64,000 bases of DNA from an uncultured Syntrophobacteraceae bacterium (GCA_964572145.1 CAZNES010000005.1:21642-85641), one strand, 5' to 3'. Counted from the first letter of the stretch, positions 26,687-38,174 are shown. The notes: generated by a model not told the origin, from the sequence alone. Numbers and translations are program-made.

Positions 26687-27189
26687 TTCCCCTCGAGCTG
26701 GGATACCATATGTCCCAGCTCGGGCAAGATCAGGCGGCGCATTGCGAGCTCGACCGCTCCGCGGGAGCCGGGAAGCGAGATCAGCACTTTTCCCCTGGCC
26801 GAGCCGGCGACGGCGCGGCTCATGATCGCCGCCGAGCCGATATCCTGATAGCTCAAAAAGCGAAAGATCTCGCCGAAGCCGTCGAGGCGTTTCTCCAAAA
26901 ATCGATCGATCACCTCATACGTTCCGTCGCGCGGCGAGATGCCGGTGCCGCCGTTGACGATCACCGCCTCGATGTCGCCATCGGCCAGTGTCTGGTTGAG
27001 CAGAGATTCGATCTGAAGCGGCTCATCTTTCACAATCCGATATCCGGCCAGCCGGTGGCCATGCTCGTCGAGGAGATTCTTAATTGCTTGACCGCTCTGG
27101 TCGGTGGACTCGTCGCGCGTGTCGCTCACGGTAAGCACGAAACAACCGACGCTTCTCTTGCCTTTTTCCTTGTGTTCCGCGACGGACAC
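26683..27189 (-). CDS. moaB: Molybdenum cofactor biosynthesis protein B (MoaB/MogA family)
   Basis: 168 aa with 'VIVNGGTGISPRDGT'. 4-nt overlap with moaD. Confidence 0.85.
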   Translation of the reverse strand: MSVAEHKEKGKRSVGCFVLTVSDTRDESTDQSGQAIKNLLDEHGHRLAGYRIVKDEPLQIESLLNQTLADGDIEAVIVNGGTGISPRDGTYEVIDRFLEKRLDGFGEIFRFLSYQDIGSAAIMSRAVAGSARGKVLISLPGSRGAVELAMRRLILPELGHMVSQLEGK

Positions 27190-27311
27190 GAAAAAAACCT
27201 CTCTGGAAAAACAAAATCGACTATAACAGCGGGGAGTATCGAATTCAAATCAGCGTCTTTAACCGAAAACGAACGGTTGCAGAGCTTTTTCGAGAGAAAT
27301 AAGATGGTGGT

Positions 27312-28481
27312 ATGGGGTCAGACAAAGAGCCTTTCTCCCTCTACGCGCATATCCCGTACTGCGCGGCCAAGTGCCCGTACTGCGATTTTAACGTTCACGT
27401 AGCGTCCAAAATTCCCGAGGCTGAATATGTTCAGGCATTGGTGCGGGAGTTGCAATTTTATTCGCAGTCGGACGATTGGCGCGGGCGAGAGTTGAAGAGC
27501 GTATTCTTCGGCGGCGGAACGCCTTCGCTGTTCTCGCCGCAATCCATCGGCGGGGTTCTCGACGCAGCGGCGGCGCTTTTTCCGTTGATCGATAACGTTG
27601 AGATCACGCTCGAAGCGAATCCAGGAGCGGAGGACTGGAAGAATTTTTCCGGCTATCGGTCGTGTGGCGTCAATCGGCTGAGCCTCGGCGTGCAGTCGTT
27701 TCAACCCCATCTGCTTAAATTTCTCGGCCGTCTCCATTCGGCCGACGAGACACGCGAGGCTTTGAAAGCGATCGAACAGGTTGGTTTTGAGAACTTCAGT
27801 ATGGATCTGATCTACGCCGTTCCGGGAGAATCGCTCGCGGATTTGAAAACCGATTTGACCGAGTCGCTGGCGTATTATCCGCCGCACTTCTCCGCCTATA
27901 ATCTGACGATCGAAGAGGGAACGCCTTTTTATCAACGGCTCAAGACGGGAAAAATTCGTCCATTGCCCGAAGACGAAGAGGTCTCGATGGCCGAGGTGAT
28001 CGAGGAAACGCTTGCACAAGCGGGTCTGGAACGGTACGAAATCTCGAATTACGCGAAACCCGAACGGCAGTCGAGGCATAACAGCACGTATTGGCAGGGT
28101 GGCGATTACCTGGGAATCGGCGCCGGTGCGCACTCGTTTGCAAGCCGCGAGGGAAACGGCGTACTCGGTCTTCGGTGGCGCGAAGAGAGAAGTCCCGTCC
28201 GGTACATGGAAAAAGTAGCGTGCGATGGAACCGCGGTGGTTGAAAGCGAGAGCTTGAATCGTGAAAGAGCGGCGGCCGAATTCATGTTCATGGGTCTGAG
28301 AATGACGCGAGGCGTTTCCGTCGAAGATTTTTTCCGCCGCTTTGGCCAAAAGCCGGCGGAAATTTATCCGCAGATCGGCTCATGGCTGGAAGAAGGGCTG
28401 ATGGAATCCAAAGACGCCGGGCTTCGACTGACGCGCCGCGGTCTGATGCTGGCCGACGAGATTTTTATCGCGTTCGTTTAA
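27312..28481 (+). CDS. hemW: Radical SAM heme chaperone HemW (oxygen-independent coproporphyrinogen oxidase-like)
   Basis: 'YAHIPYCAAKCPYCDFN' CxxxCxxC motif; 389 aa. Confidence 0.9.
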   Translation: MGSDKEPFSLYAHIPYCAAKCPYCDFNVHVASKIPEAEYVQALVRELQFYSQSDDWRGRELKSVFFGGGTPSLFSPQSIGGVLDAAAALFPLIDNVEITLEANPGAEDWKNFSGYRSCGVNRLSLGVQSFQPHLLKFLGRLHSADETREALKAIEQVGFENFSMDLIYAVPGESLADLKTDLTESLAYYPPHFSAYNLTIEEGTPFYQRLKTGKIRPLPEDEEVSMAEVIEETLAQAGLERYEISNYAKPERQSRHNSTYWQGGDYLGIGAGAHSFASREGNGVLGLRWREERSPVRYMEKVACDGTAVVESESLNRERAAAEFMFMGLRMTRGVSVEDFFRRFGQKPAEIYPQIGSWLEEGLMESKDAGLRLTRRGLMLADEIFIAFV

Positions 28482-28486
28482 ATCCC

Positions 28487-28933
28487 ATGCGAATCCGACG
28501 CCGCGTAAATATTGAAGCGCTTTCCGAGATGGTCTGGGACGTCATCGCCGACCTTGGCCGCGCCGGCGAGTGGGCGCCGGAATTCGGCGATTACCCGTTC
28601 ATTTCCCCGGACTGGCCGAAACTAGGCGCCAAAGCGACGTGGCGCTTGCACGCCGGCGCGCTGAAATTTGATTTCGAGCTTACGATCACGGAGTCCGTTC
28701 GCGGAAGCGCGCTACAGATCTCGAACCGGAGCGTCTTCGGCGAAGGGCTGGAGGTGTACAGCTTGGCGATGTCGGAAAAGACGACCACCGTCTGGTACGA
28801 CGCGAGCGATCAGCCGAATTTTCTCGGCCGCCTGGCGGCCAGGTTTTTCGAGAAAAAAATGATCGCGGCGATGGACCAAGCCATGGCGGGCTTGAAAGTT
28901 TACTGCGAACGTAGGGTCAAAGGCGTTCCGTGA
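28487..28933 (+). CDS. SRPBCC-superfamily protein
   Basis: Start 'MRIRRRVNIEALSEMVWDVIADLGRAGEW'. The track ORF start at 28382 overlaps hemW. Confidence 0.65.
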   Translation: MRIRRRVNIEALSEMVWDVIADLGRAGEWAPEFGDYPFISPDWPKLGAKATWRLHAGALKFDFELTITESVRGSALQISNRSVFGEGLEVYSLAMSEKTTTVWYDASDQPNFLGRLAARFFEKKMIAAMDQAMAGLKVYCERRVKGVP

Positions 28934-29415
28934 AAGATCGCAGCCACGCTCACGTCTATCGCTTCGAAGACCGTTGGCACGTACCGTTTACCGCTGAAAA
29001 AGTTTGGGAAGTGCTGTCGCGGCCGGAAGATTATCCGCGCTGGTGGCGCGGCGTTTACTTGAGCGCGAAGCCGCTGGATCATAGCGGCAAGCGAGTGGCG
29101 GTCGTGGCCAAAGGCCGGCTGCCCTATAAGCTTCGGTTCACGATCGAGACTCTGCGCACGGAAAAACCCAGCCTGATTGAATTTCGCGCCACGGGAGATT
29201 TTGTCACCGACGTTTCCCGCTGGAGACTTGAGCCCGATGGCGAGGGGACAGCGGTGACTCTCGAATGGAATCCGAAAGTCGAAAAGCCGCTGGTAAAATT
29301 TCTCTCTCCGATCTTGAAGCCGCTTTTCCGCTGGAATCACGAGTGGACCATGAAGCGCGGGCAGAGGCAGATCGTGGAGTATCTGAAGAACGGTGGAGGC
29401 GGTCAAATCAAGTAA
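28930..29415 (+). CDS. SRPBCC-superfamily (polyketide cyclase/dehydrase-like) protein
   Basis: 161 aa with a GTG start overlapping the previous stop. 'FTAEKVWEVLSRPEDYPRWW'. Confidence 0.7.
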   Translation: MKDRSHAHVYRFEDRWHVPFTAEKVWEVLSRPEDYPRWWRGVYLSAKPLDHSGKRVAVVAKGRLPYKLRFTIETLRTEKPSLIEFRATGDFVTDVSRWRLEPDGEGTAVTLEWNPKVEKPLVKFLSPILKPLFRWNHEWTMKRGQRQIVEYLKNGGGGQIK

Positions 29416-29448
29416 GGGCCGGCTGGGGCTTACGCTACAGGCGCTTTA

Positions 29449-29760
29449 TTAAAGGCCGTTCCTATGCGACATTGCGCGCCTTGCTTCGTTGAAGGCGAGC
29501 TCTTCCAGTTCTATTCGCTCTTTAATAATTCGCGCTAACCATTCTGCAACATTTTTCTCTCTGTGCAACCTTGCCAGGAATGCAGCACGAGCAGCCAACT
29601 CGGCTGGAAGAGATAACGCGGTCGGATTTGCTCTGCGAACTTTGATCGGTTTTTCCCAAGCTGAATCTTCCTCAGCTTGCGATGCTACAACGTTATCGAT
29701 CTCTTCTTCGGAAAATTGGCGTCTCTTAGATTTCTTTTTTGAATTCATAACGGCCATCAT
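29449..29760 (-). CDS. RHH/CopG-type antitoxin partnered with a DUF497-like toxin
   Basis: 103 aa with C-terminal 'LSLPAELAARAAFLARLHREKNVAEWLARIIKERIE'. ATGA overlap with the upstream toxin gene. Low GC. Confidence 0.65.
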   Translation of the reverse strand: MMAVMNSKKKSKRRQFSEEEIDNVVASQAEEDSAWEKPIKVRRANPTALSLPAELAARAAFLARLHREKNVAEWLARIIKERIELEELAFNEARRAMSHRNGL

Positions 29761-29996
29761 GTGATTATTCGCACAACATTGTTGGTTTTAAGTTGAAAGA
29801 TAATTTTGAGTTTGCGCCCCCCTAGCGTCTCCCCGATGAGCTGGTAGCGATCTTTGTATTTCTTGTTTCGACGAACTTGGAAATCGGAAAAGAAACATTC
29901 GACGGACTCATAGAACGTGACTCGATGCGAAGCAAGTTTGTCATTCTCGAAATCATATTCAAAGTCTGAAGGGGTAAATCGGTCCCATCTAACCAC
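29757..29996 (-). CDS. BrnT-like (DUF497) ribonuclease toxin candidate
   Basis: 79 aa with a GTG start. 'FEYDFENDKLASHRVTFYESVECFF...VVRIIT' resembles the BrnT pattern (FEWDxxK...HGVSFxEA...RIIS). The toxin-first gene order matches BrnTA. Confidence 0.55.
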   Translation of the reverse strand: MVRWDRFTPSDFEYDFENDKLASHRVTFYESVECFFSDFQVRRNKKYKDRYQLIGETLGGRKLKIIFQLKTNNVVRIIT

Positions 29997-30097
29997 CGCT
30001 TTATTCTACCTTGTACGCCTTATCTTTTAAAGGCGTCCGATACCGTGGCTTCAACGCCGGATACTAAGCAATCGCACGGCGGCTCGACAAAAATTCT

Positions 30098-30426
30098 GCA
30101 AGCGGGTGGTGGTCGTGGCCTAGGGCCGGTTGCCATACAAGCTGCGGTTTACGATCGAAACGTTGCGGCTCGAAAAGCCTGGGCTGTTCGAATTTAGGGC
30201 GACGGGCGATTTTGTTACCGACGTGTCGCGTTGGGTGCTGAAACTGGAAGGCGAGGGGACAGCGGTGACTCTCGAATGGAATCCGCGAGTCGAAAAGCCG
30301 CTGGTAAAATTTCTCTCGCCGATCTTGAAGCCGCTTTTCCGCTGGAATCACGAGTGGACCATGAAGCGCGGGCAGAGGCAGATCGTGGAGTATCTGAAGA
30401 ACGGTGGAGGCGGTCAAATTAAATAG
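30098..30426 (+). pseudogene. Duplicated 3' fragment of SRPBCC gene 28930..29415, with an in-frame TAG
   Basis: Aligns with 29087..29415 without gaps. TAG at 30121-30123 replaces an AAA codon. The distal ~175 nt are nearly identical, while the proximal ~155 nt differ at ~39 positions (hand count). Confidence 0.85.
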
Positions 30427-30488
30427 CTCAATCGCCAAATACAGAGGTCGATTTTTTTCGTAATTTGCCGCTTCGACTCTTTCTACAG

Positions 30489-30624
30489 GCTTAACGGGGC
30501 GCGGGATGAGCCGCCGGACCCGAAGCGCGCTTGCGCGCGTGGGGCCGGTCGGTTCTATCCCGCTGATAGGCGGCGCGCGAGCGACGCCGCTCAGCGGGAT
30601 ATCTCATCCCGCGCCCCGATAAGC
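30489..30624. other. GC-rich ~135-nt imperfect palindrome with attC-like outer boxes (hypothesis)
   Basis: gcttaac + ggggcgcgggatgag (30489-30510) pairs with ctcatcccgcgcccc + gataagc (30603-30624). There is an inner hairpin atcccgctga/tcagcgggat. Confidence 0.3.
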
Positions 30625-30886
30625 GGATCGGCGAAGCCGAAGCGAGCGACCACTTCACGGAACCAAACTGTTTCAATTTCACTGCGTTCGCTTCACTCAT
30701 CTCCATCGTTTCAATTCTAGGCGTCGCGAGCGGTCCGCTTATCTATGAATATGCCGGTCGGCATAACACGGGTCGTTAAGTTTTTTTTGACGGCAGTGAT
30801 TTTCTTGTCTTTCCAAAGGCTTGTCGAACATCTTAACCCTCCGCCGGCGATTGCAAAAGGCCGACCGCTTGGTCGGCATATTACCA

Positions 30887-31063
30887 TTATGGCCGTCCAG
30901 ATCCCAATTCGTCTGCGGGGCTGCGAACTCCCTTGCCGCCGTGATTCAAGACATGGGTATAGATCATCGTCGTACTGACATCTTTGTGCCCCAAAAGATC
31001 CTGCACGATTCCGACGGCGAGACGGGTCAAGCGCCGTCTCTCCGCAAATTCCGCGGGTGTTGT
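30887..31063 (-). pseudogene. C-terminal relic of an integron-integrase-type tyrosine recombinase
   Basis: My own translation of the minus strand: ...[44 protein letters not shown]. An upstream in-frame stop lies at 31064-31066. The catalytic-Tyr region and a 'GGxGVRSPxD' tail are as in IntI proteins. Confidence 0.6.
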
Positions 31064-31124
31064 TCAACGTCAAATCGGAGGGACTGACTCAGCCGCTAAG
31101 CCAAGAAATTATCCAAGTCAGATT

Positions 31125-32000
31125 CTAAGAGCCGAACGGAATTAGCCCGTCTCGTCCCCTACGGTAGTTTTGCTGCGTCTGTTCTGGATTACGGTTGACG
31201 AACGGGCGGTGGTAGAGCGGATGGCGCAGGCTGCGGACTTCGTGCTCTAGCTCGTGTAGCTTCTCGCCGCTTTTGGGATCGACGATTTCTTTGAAGCGGA
31301 ACTGATGGTTGCGGACATCTTCGGTGATCAGGCCGTGGCTGTTCAAGAAATTGTACGGGCCCGAGAAGTTGGCCACGTAGATTGCAATGTGATGGCCGTC
31401 GTAGGGAAGAAGTGCTTGATCCGTCTCGCGGAATAAAAGCCACTGATTGCGGCCGATCGCGACGCGGGCGGTCGAGAGACTTTCTGTCGGTTCGATGACA
31501 GATGTCGCGCGTATGACTTCTTGATAAAAGCGCGCGATCCCTCCGGCCGCGCCGGGTTTTACTAGGAATTCAATATAAGGAACTCCCAGCGCCATGTCGC
31601 CATACTTATCCTGCGGCGCGTAGCAGCGAAAATGATTGCCCCAGGGGCAGGTGACGGCGAGGTGGTCGCTCTCGCGCGACCATGCAAACAAAGTTCCTTT
31701 GAGACGCTCATCCAGGGATTTCAGTCGCTGCGCCAAGCTCTCAAGCTCCGGCACGACCAAGCCGACGTGGCCGGAAAAACGCTGCGCCGCGCGCGTTGGC
31801 AAATGAAACTGCTGTTCGCCCGCGTTGACCCACATGTTTTCCAAGCCGATGGTGAGATAAGGATCGCGCGTAAGTCCCAGGCCGATGATGTAGAAGAGCA
31901 TCGCCTGCGCCTGGTCGACTACCTGGACGTTGAGGTGTTCGAGCAAAACGATATTGCCGACATCCTCATGGGTAGGGTCCATAAGTCTTAGTATTCCCAT
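31125..32000 (-). CDS. Hypothetical protein, possibly VOC (glyoxalase/dioxygenase)-fold
   Basis: 291-aa ORF with G/C-rich third codon positions. Fold assignment is a weak impression only. Confidence 0.5.
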   Translation of the reverse strand: MGILRLMDPTHEDVGNIVLLEHLNVQVVDQAQAMLFYIIGLGLTRDPYLTIGLENMWVNAGEQQFHLPTRAAQRFSGHVGLVVPELESLAQRLKSLDERLKGTLFAWSRESDHLAVTCPWGNHFRCYAPQDKYGDMALGVPYIEFLVKPGAAGGIARFYQEVIRATSVIEPTESLSTARVAIGRNQWLLFRETDQALLPYDGHHIAIYVANFSGPYNFLNSHGLITEDVRNHQFRFKEIVDPKSGEKLHELEHEVRSLRHPLYHRPFVNRNPEQTQQNYRRGRDGLIPFGS

Positions 32001-32098
32001 CGATGGGGTCGCGTCAAGGCGCGCCCACGGCGGCGGATTGACGTTTACCCGTTGAACGAATACATTCCCCCGAACGACTCTATAAGAGACGTCAAAAT

Positions 32099-33535
32099 GT
32101 GTCGATGACCTCTACTTTCGACGGCAAACGGTTTATTAACCTCCTTTCGCTTCTGGTTTTCTGCGTTGTGATCTCAAGCGCCGGTTTCGCGCGACCGTCC
32201 GGCGACTTTCCTTTCGACCATACCTCGGAAGCCGGTTTGCCCGCGTATGCGCGCTTCCGCGCCGAAGGCATGCCGTTCGGCGAAGCTTTTTGGCATGGCT
32301 TTAAATATTTTGCCAAATACAGGAATAAAAAATTTTCAGCTCCTACGGAAGAGGTTCGTTATTTCGACGCGCAGAGAAAACTGCTCCGATTTCTGGCGGC
32401 TGAGCCGCTCAGTCCCGCCCATAACCTTCGCGCAAAGCTCGCCATGGTCGGCGACCTCATGTGGATTCGAAACGATTGGGACACGTTCGTCACGAAAGAG
32501 ATTTTGGATTCGATAAATCGGTTCGACGTCGTGCTCGGAAACCTGGAAACGATTATCTCGCCCAATTTCAAGGTGCCGTCGTTCTTGCCGGATTATATGA
32601 AATTTAATTCCCACCCCGCGCTGCTGCAATCGTTTAGAAGATATACCGGCGGAAATATTTTCACCGCCCTATCGATTGCCAACAATCACACGATGGACTA
32701 CTCGGACAAGGGGATTTTAGACACGATCGAATTTCTCGATCACAATCGCATCCTCCACAGCGGCGCCGGCAAGGACAAGCCCGGCAAGCGTTACACGACT
32801 TTCGTCAGGAACGGCATCAAATTTGGATTTTACGCCGCGACGTTCGGCCTGAACGACCAAACTGAAGGGGAGCGGACGAAGCTCACTCTCAATATCCTGC
32901 CCGGCCTCGCGCCGGAAACCGAAACAGCCGTAGATATTTCCCAGGTCAGAGCGGTTCTGGCGGCAATGGACGAGGAAGGGGTAGACTTCAAGATCGTCTC
33001 CTTGCATTGGGGGTTTGAATACGAATTTTATCCTTCTCCCAAAACGATGCAGGTGGGAAGAGAGATTGTCGCGGCGGGCGCCGACGTGATTATGGGCAGC
33101 CACCCGCACGTGCAGCAGCCGAGCGAGATTTGCTACGTCAACGGCTACGAAAAGCGCCACGGGCGCCTCAAAGACCAGTTTCCGTCGATGGTCGATTCAA
33201 CGGGTTGTGTGCTGAAGGATGCCAGGGGCGGCGCAAGAAAAGCTCTGATCCTTTATTCGCTCGGGAATTTTACCACCGCCATGTACACGTTTCTCTGCGA
33301 GGCGGGAGTCATTCAGCATATCCAGGTTACGAAGAATGAAGCCTCAGGAGAAGTGGACTGGGGGCTGCCGGGATATGATCTCGTGTACAATTTGCGGAGT
33401 GATCCTGTTACGCAAAAACGGTCGATATTGCTGATGGATAGTTACCTGCGCGAAAATTGCCGCCAGGGTCAATGTCCGGAAAACATCGTCGAGTCGGTTT
33501 CGTTTCTCCACCGCCATTTAAAAGGGCCAGAATGA
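32099..33535 (+). CDS. CapA-family (PGA_cap metallophosphatase-like) protein
   Basis: 'MVGDLMW', 'GNLETIIS', 'SIANNHTMDYS', 'VSLHWGFEY', 'VIMGSHPHVQQP'. An alternative ATG start lies at 32105. Confidence 0.8.
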   Translation: MSMTSTFDGKRFINLLSLLVFCVVISSAGFARPSGDFPFDHTSEAGLPAYARFRAEGMPFGEAFWHGFKYFAKYRNKKFSAPTEEVRYFDAQRKLLRFLAAEPLSPAHNLRAKLAMVGDLMWIRNDWDTFVTKEILDSINRFDVVLGNLETIISPNFKVPSFLPDYMKFNSHPALLQSFRRYTGGNIFTALSIANNHTMDYSDKGILDTIEFLDHNRILHSGAGKDKPGKRYTTFVRNGIKFGFYAATFGLNDQTEGERTKLTLNILPGLAPETETAVDISQVRAVLAAMDEEGVDFKIVSLHWGFEYEFYPSPKTMQVGREIVAAGADVIMGSHPHVQQPSEICYVNGYEKRHGRLKDQFPSMVDSTGCVLKDARGGARKALILYSLGNFTTAMYTFLCEAGVIQHIQVTKNEASGEVDWGLPGYDLVYNLRSDPVTQKRSILLMDSYLRENCRQGQCPENIVESVSFLHRHLKGPE

Positions 33536-33570
33536 GGCGGTCTTCCTAAAGCCGCTTTGCTGCCCACTAC

Positions 33571-34818
33571 CTATAGAGCAGCGCCGGCTTTCACTCTTTC
33601 GACAACTCTTTGCTCGTTCAGTTCGACGACGGCGATTTCGTCCGTGCTCTCGCACCCGACAAACGCGCACTCTCCATCCGGATCGAACGCCAGGTGAGCA
33701 GGCGCGTCTCCCACCTCCAACCGAGCCGACATTTCGTGGCTGACGGAATCGATCACGCAAACGCTCGACTCGCCCGTGTTCGACACGACGAGCCAGCGGC
33801 CGTCAGGGCTTATGGCAAAGAAGTGCGGATAAATGCCCACGGGTATGCGCGCAACAACCTGGTGTTTCTCAGTTTCCCAAACCGTGAGATCGTCCGAGGC
33901 GAAGTTGGCGACATAACCGAAACGGCCGTCGTGGCTCAAAGTGGGAAGGTGCGCGGCCGCGCCCGCGGGAATCGTCGCCGTCACCTCGTGATTGGCCGTG
34001 TCGATGACGGAAACGTCATCCGATAATGTGTTCGCGACGTACGCGTGCCGGCCGTCCGGGCTGAACGCGATGTGGCCCGGTCCCAATCCAACCGCAATCT
34101 CGCCGATCACGGCTTTTCTCCGGGCGTCGATGACGCTTACCGTGTGCGCGCCGGAGTTTGGCTGGTAAACCCAGCGAGAGTCCGGCGAAGCAGCCACGTC
34201 GTGAGACGCTTCGCCCACAGAAAGCGTGGCGGTTCGCTTGCCGTTCTCCAAGATCGTCAACGTCTTGTCCGGTCCGCTGGGCAGATACACCACGTCGCCT
34301 TCCGGCGCAACGCACGGCAGCAGGGGACGTTTGCCGGCCGGAGCCGTGTCTACAACAGTATCGGTGAAAGTATCGATAATGGTCACGTCGTTCGAGCCAC
34401 TGTTGGCGACGTAAAGACGGCGATGATCGTACGACAGCTCAAGATGCGAAGGCTCTTCGCCGACGGCGATGTGCCGCGCGACTTTGCGAGTCGACCCGTC
34501 GAGGACGGCGACCCGGTTTTTCGTCGTGTTCGTGTAGATGCGACCGTCGCGGTGCGCCACGACGGAATGCGCGCCACCGCGGACGAGTCTCGGCGTCGAA
34601 CCGTCGGGCAGAAGATTCAAGAACGTCGCGCCGTCTTTTTTCTCCAGTGACACACGATAGCCGCTCTCGATCAGAGAAATAAACAGTCGCGCCGGCCTCT
34701 CCTCGACCCGGGCGTGCACGAGGGCGTTCCGTCCTCTGAGCGCAACATAGTGTTCGCGCAGCGCGGCCGATTGCCGCTCTGGCGAAATATTTCTTAGATC
34801 CAGCTCAACTCGTTCCAT
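33571..34818 (-). CDS. YVTN/YncE-like beta-propeller repeat protein with an extra N-terminal domain
   Basis: Repeated '...YVANSGSNDVTIID...', 'YVANTLSDDVSVID', 'YVANFASDDLTVWE' blades. The N-terminal ~75 aa look DUF2249-like (weak). Confidence 0.72.
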   Translation of the reverse strand: MERVELDLRNISPERQSAALREHYVALRGRNALVHARVEERPARLFISLIESGYRVSLEKKDGATFLNLLPDGSTPRLVRGGAHSVVAHRDGRIYTNTTKNRVAVLDGSTRKVARHIAVGEEPSHLELSYDHRRLYVANSGSNDVTIIDTFTDTVVDTAPAGKRPLLPCVAPEGDVVYLPSGPDKTLTILENGKRTATLSVGEASHDVAASPDSRWVYQPNSGAHTVSVIDARRKAVIGEIAVGLGPGHIAFSPDGRHAYVANTLSDDVSVIDTANHEVTATIPAGAAAHLPTLSHDGRFGYVANFASDDLTVWETEKHQVVARIPVGIYPHFFAISPDGRWLVVSNTGESSVCVIDSVSHEMSARLEVGDAPAHLAFDPDGECAFVGCESTDEIAVVELNEQRVVERVKAGAAL

Positions 34819-34847
34819 GGAGTGCCCTCGATACGAAGCCCTGACGT

Positions 34848-35438
34848 TTACCCGATGGTATATGGAATCTGGATCGGGCCGTAGCCCTGCCAGTATTTTT
34901 TATTCACCGGATCGTATCTTCCCTGAAGAAAACCGCCGGCCTTCTCTGCCCGCACGATGATCGCAACGGTGCGCTCCTCGCCGCTCGCCTCCGCGTGAAT
35001 CTCCCACGGGCGGACCAGATCCACTTCTCCCGGACCGGCGCGGAGTTTGCTCACGCCGCGGATCTCGGCGTAATCCGGTTTCGATCCGTCGTCCATGCGC
35101 TGATAGCGCTGGATCGTCTCCGTGCCGTCGAGAACTCCGTAAAGGGTCCAGTTGTGGGCGTGGTCGTGGATCTGCGTGCGTGTGTGCGGCGCCTTGGTAA
35201 GGCCGTTGACGACGAAGCCGAAGTCGGGATCTTCGTAGAAGAGAAGATTTTCCGCCCGTTCTTTATGCGCGCACTTCGGCCAGCTCCTGGAAGATTCTTT
35301 TATCTCATCGTCGGCCAAAAGCTCGCGCAAGAGCGGCGCAAGCCTCTCCCAACGCAGGGCTAAATCTTTTTCTTCAGTAAATAATTTTCGCGTAGATGCG
35401 ATGAAACGATTGAAAGCGGAGTCGGCTTGCGCAGTCAT
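34848..35438 (-). CDS. Cupin-fold protein (cysteine-dioxygenase-like metal site)
   Basis: 'TQIHDHAHNWTLYGVLDG...WEIHAE'. The start at 35438 is preceded by AAGGAGG. Confidence 0.6.
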   Translation of the reverse strand: MTAQADSAFNRFIASTRKLFTEEKDLALRWERLAPLLRELLADDEIKESSRSWPKCAHKERAENLLFYEDPDFGFVVNGLTKAPHTRTQIHDHAHNWTLYGVLDGTETIQRYQRMDDGSKPDYAEIRGVSKLRAGPGEVDLVRPWEIHAEASGEERTVAIIVRAEKAGGFLQGRYDPVNKKYWQGYGPIQIPYTIG

Positions 35439-35526
35439 AACGACCTCCTTGCGGTAGGGGAACACTTCGAGCTAACTATTTTTAGCCCGGTCGGCGTGCT
35501 AACGTCAAGGTCAAGGGGCGCTTACA

Positions 35527-35589
35527 ATTTTGGATTTTAGATTTTGGATTTTGGATTGAATCGAGAATCGGCAATCGAAAATCTAAAAT
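35527..35589. repeat. Palindromic element with 7-nt tandem-repeat arms (ATTTTGG-type / GAATCGA-type)
   Basis: attttgg attttag attttgg attttgg ... gaatcga gaatcgg caatcga aaatcta. It lies downstream of ahcY. Confidence 0.8.
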
Positions 35590-35619
35590 AACTGATGGGG
35601 GTTCCTGGATGGGCAGGGT

Positions 35620-38098
<2,479 letters not shown>

Positions 38099-38145
38099 TG
38101 AGCGCACCTCCGGGGGGCATTGCCGGAACAAAATTGAATTTAACT

Positions 38146-38174
38146 CGTATATCGGAGAAGCGGATGGGAATCAA
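38146..38174 (-). promoter_or_regulatory. Sigma-70-like promoter candidate upstream of metK
   Basis: On the minus strand: TTGATT, 17 nt, TATACG. Confidence 0.3.

Noticed and set aside
28975-28995. Sigma-54 promoter-like TGGCAC box. A second such box (TGGCAT) lies near 32291.
   Set aside because: Both lie inside coding sequence and lack a correctly spaced -12 TTGC element.
29416-30097. Reading the TA module and SRPBCC copies as integron gene cassettes.
   Set aside because: There is no attC-sized palindrome between the SRPBCC stop (29415) and the antitoxin stop (29449), or upstream of the toxin. The bracketing repeats are coding-sequence duplications rather than attC sites.
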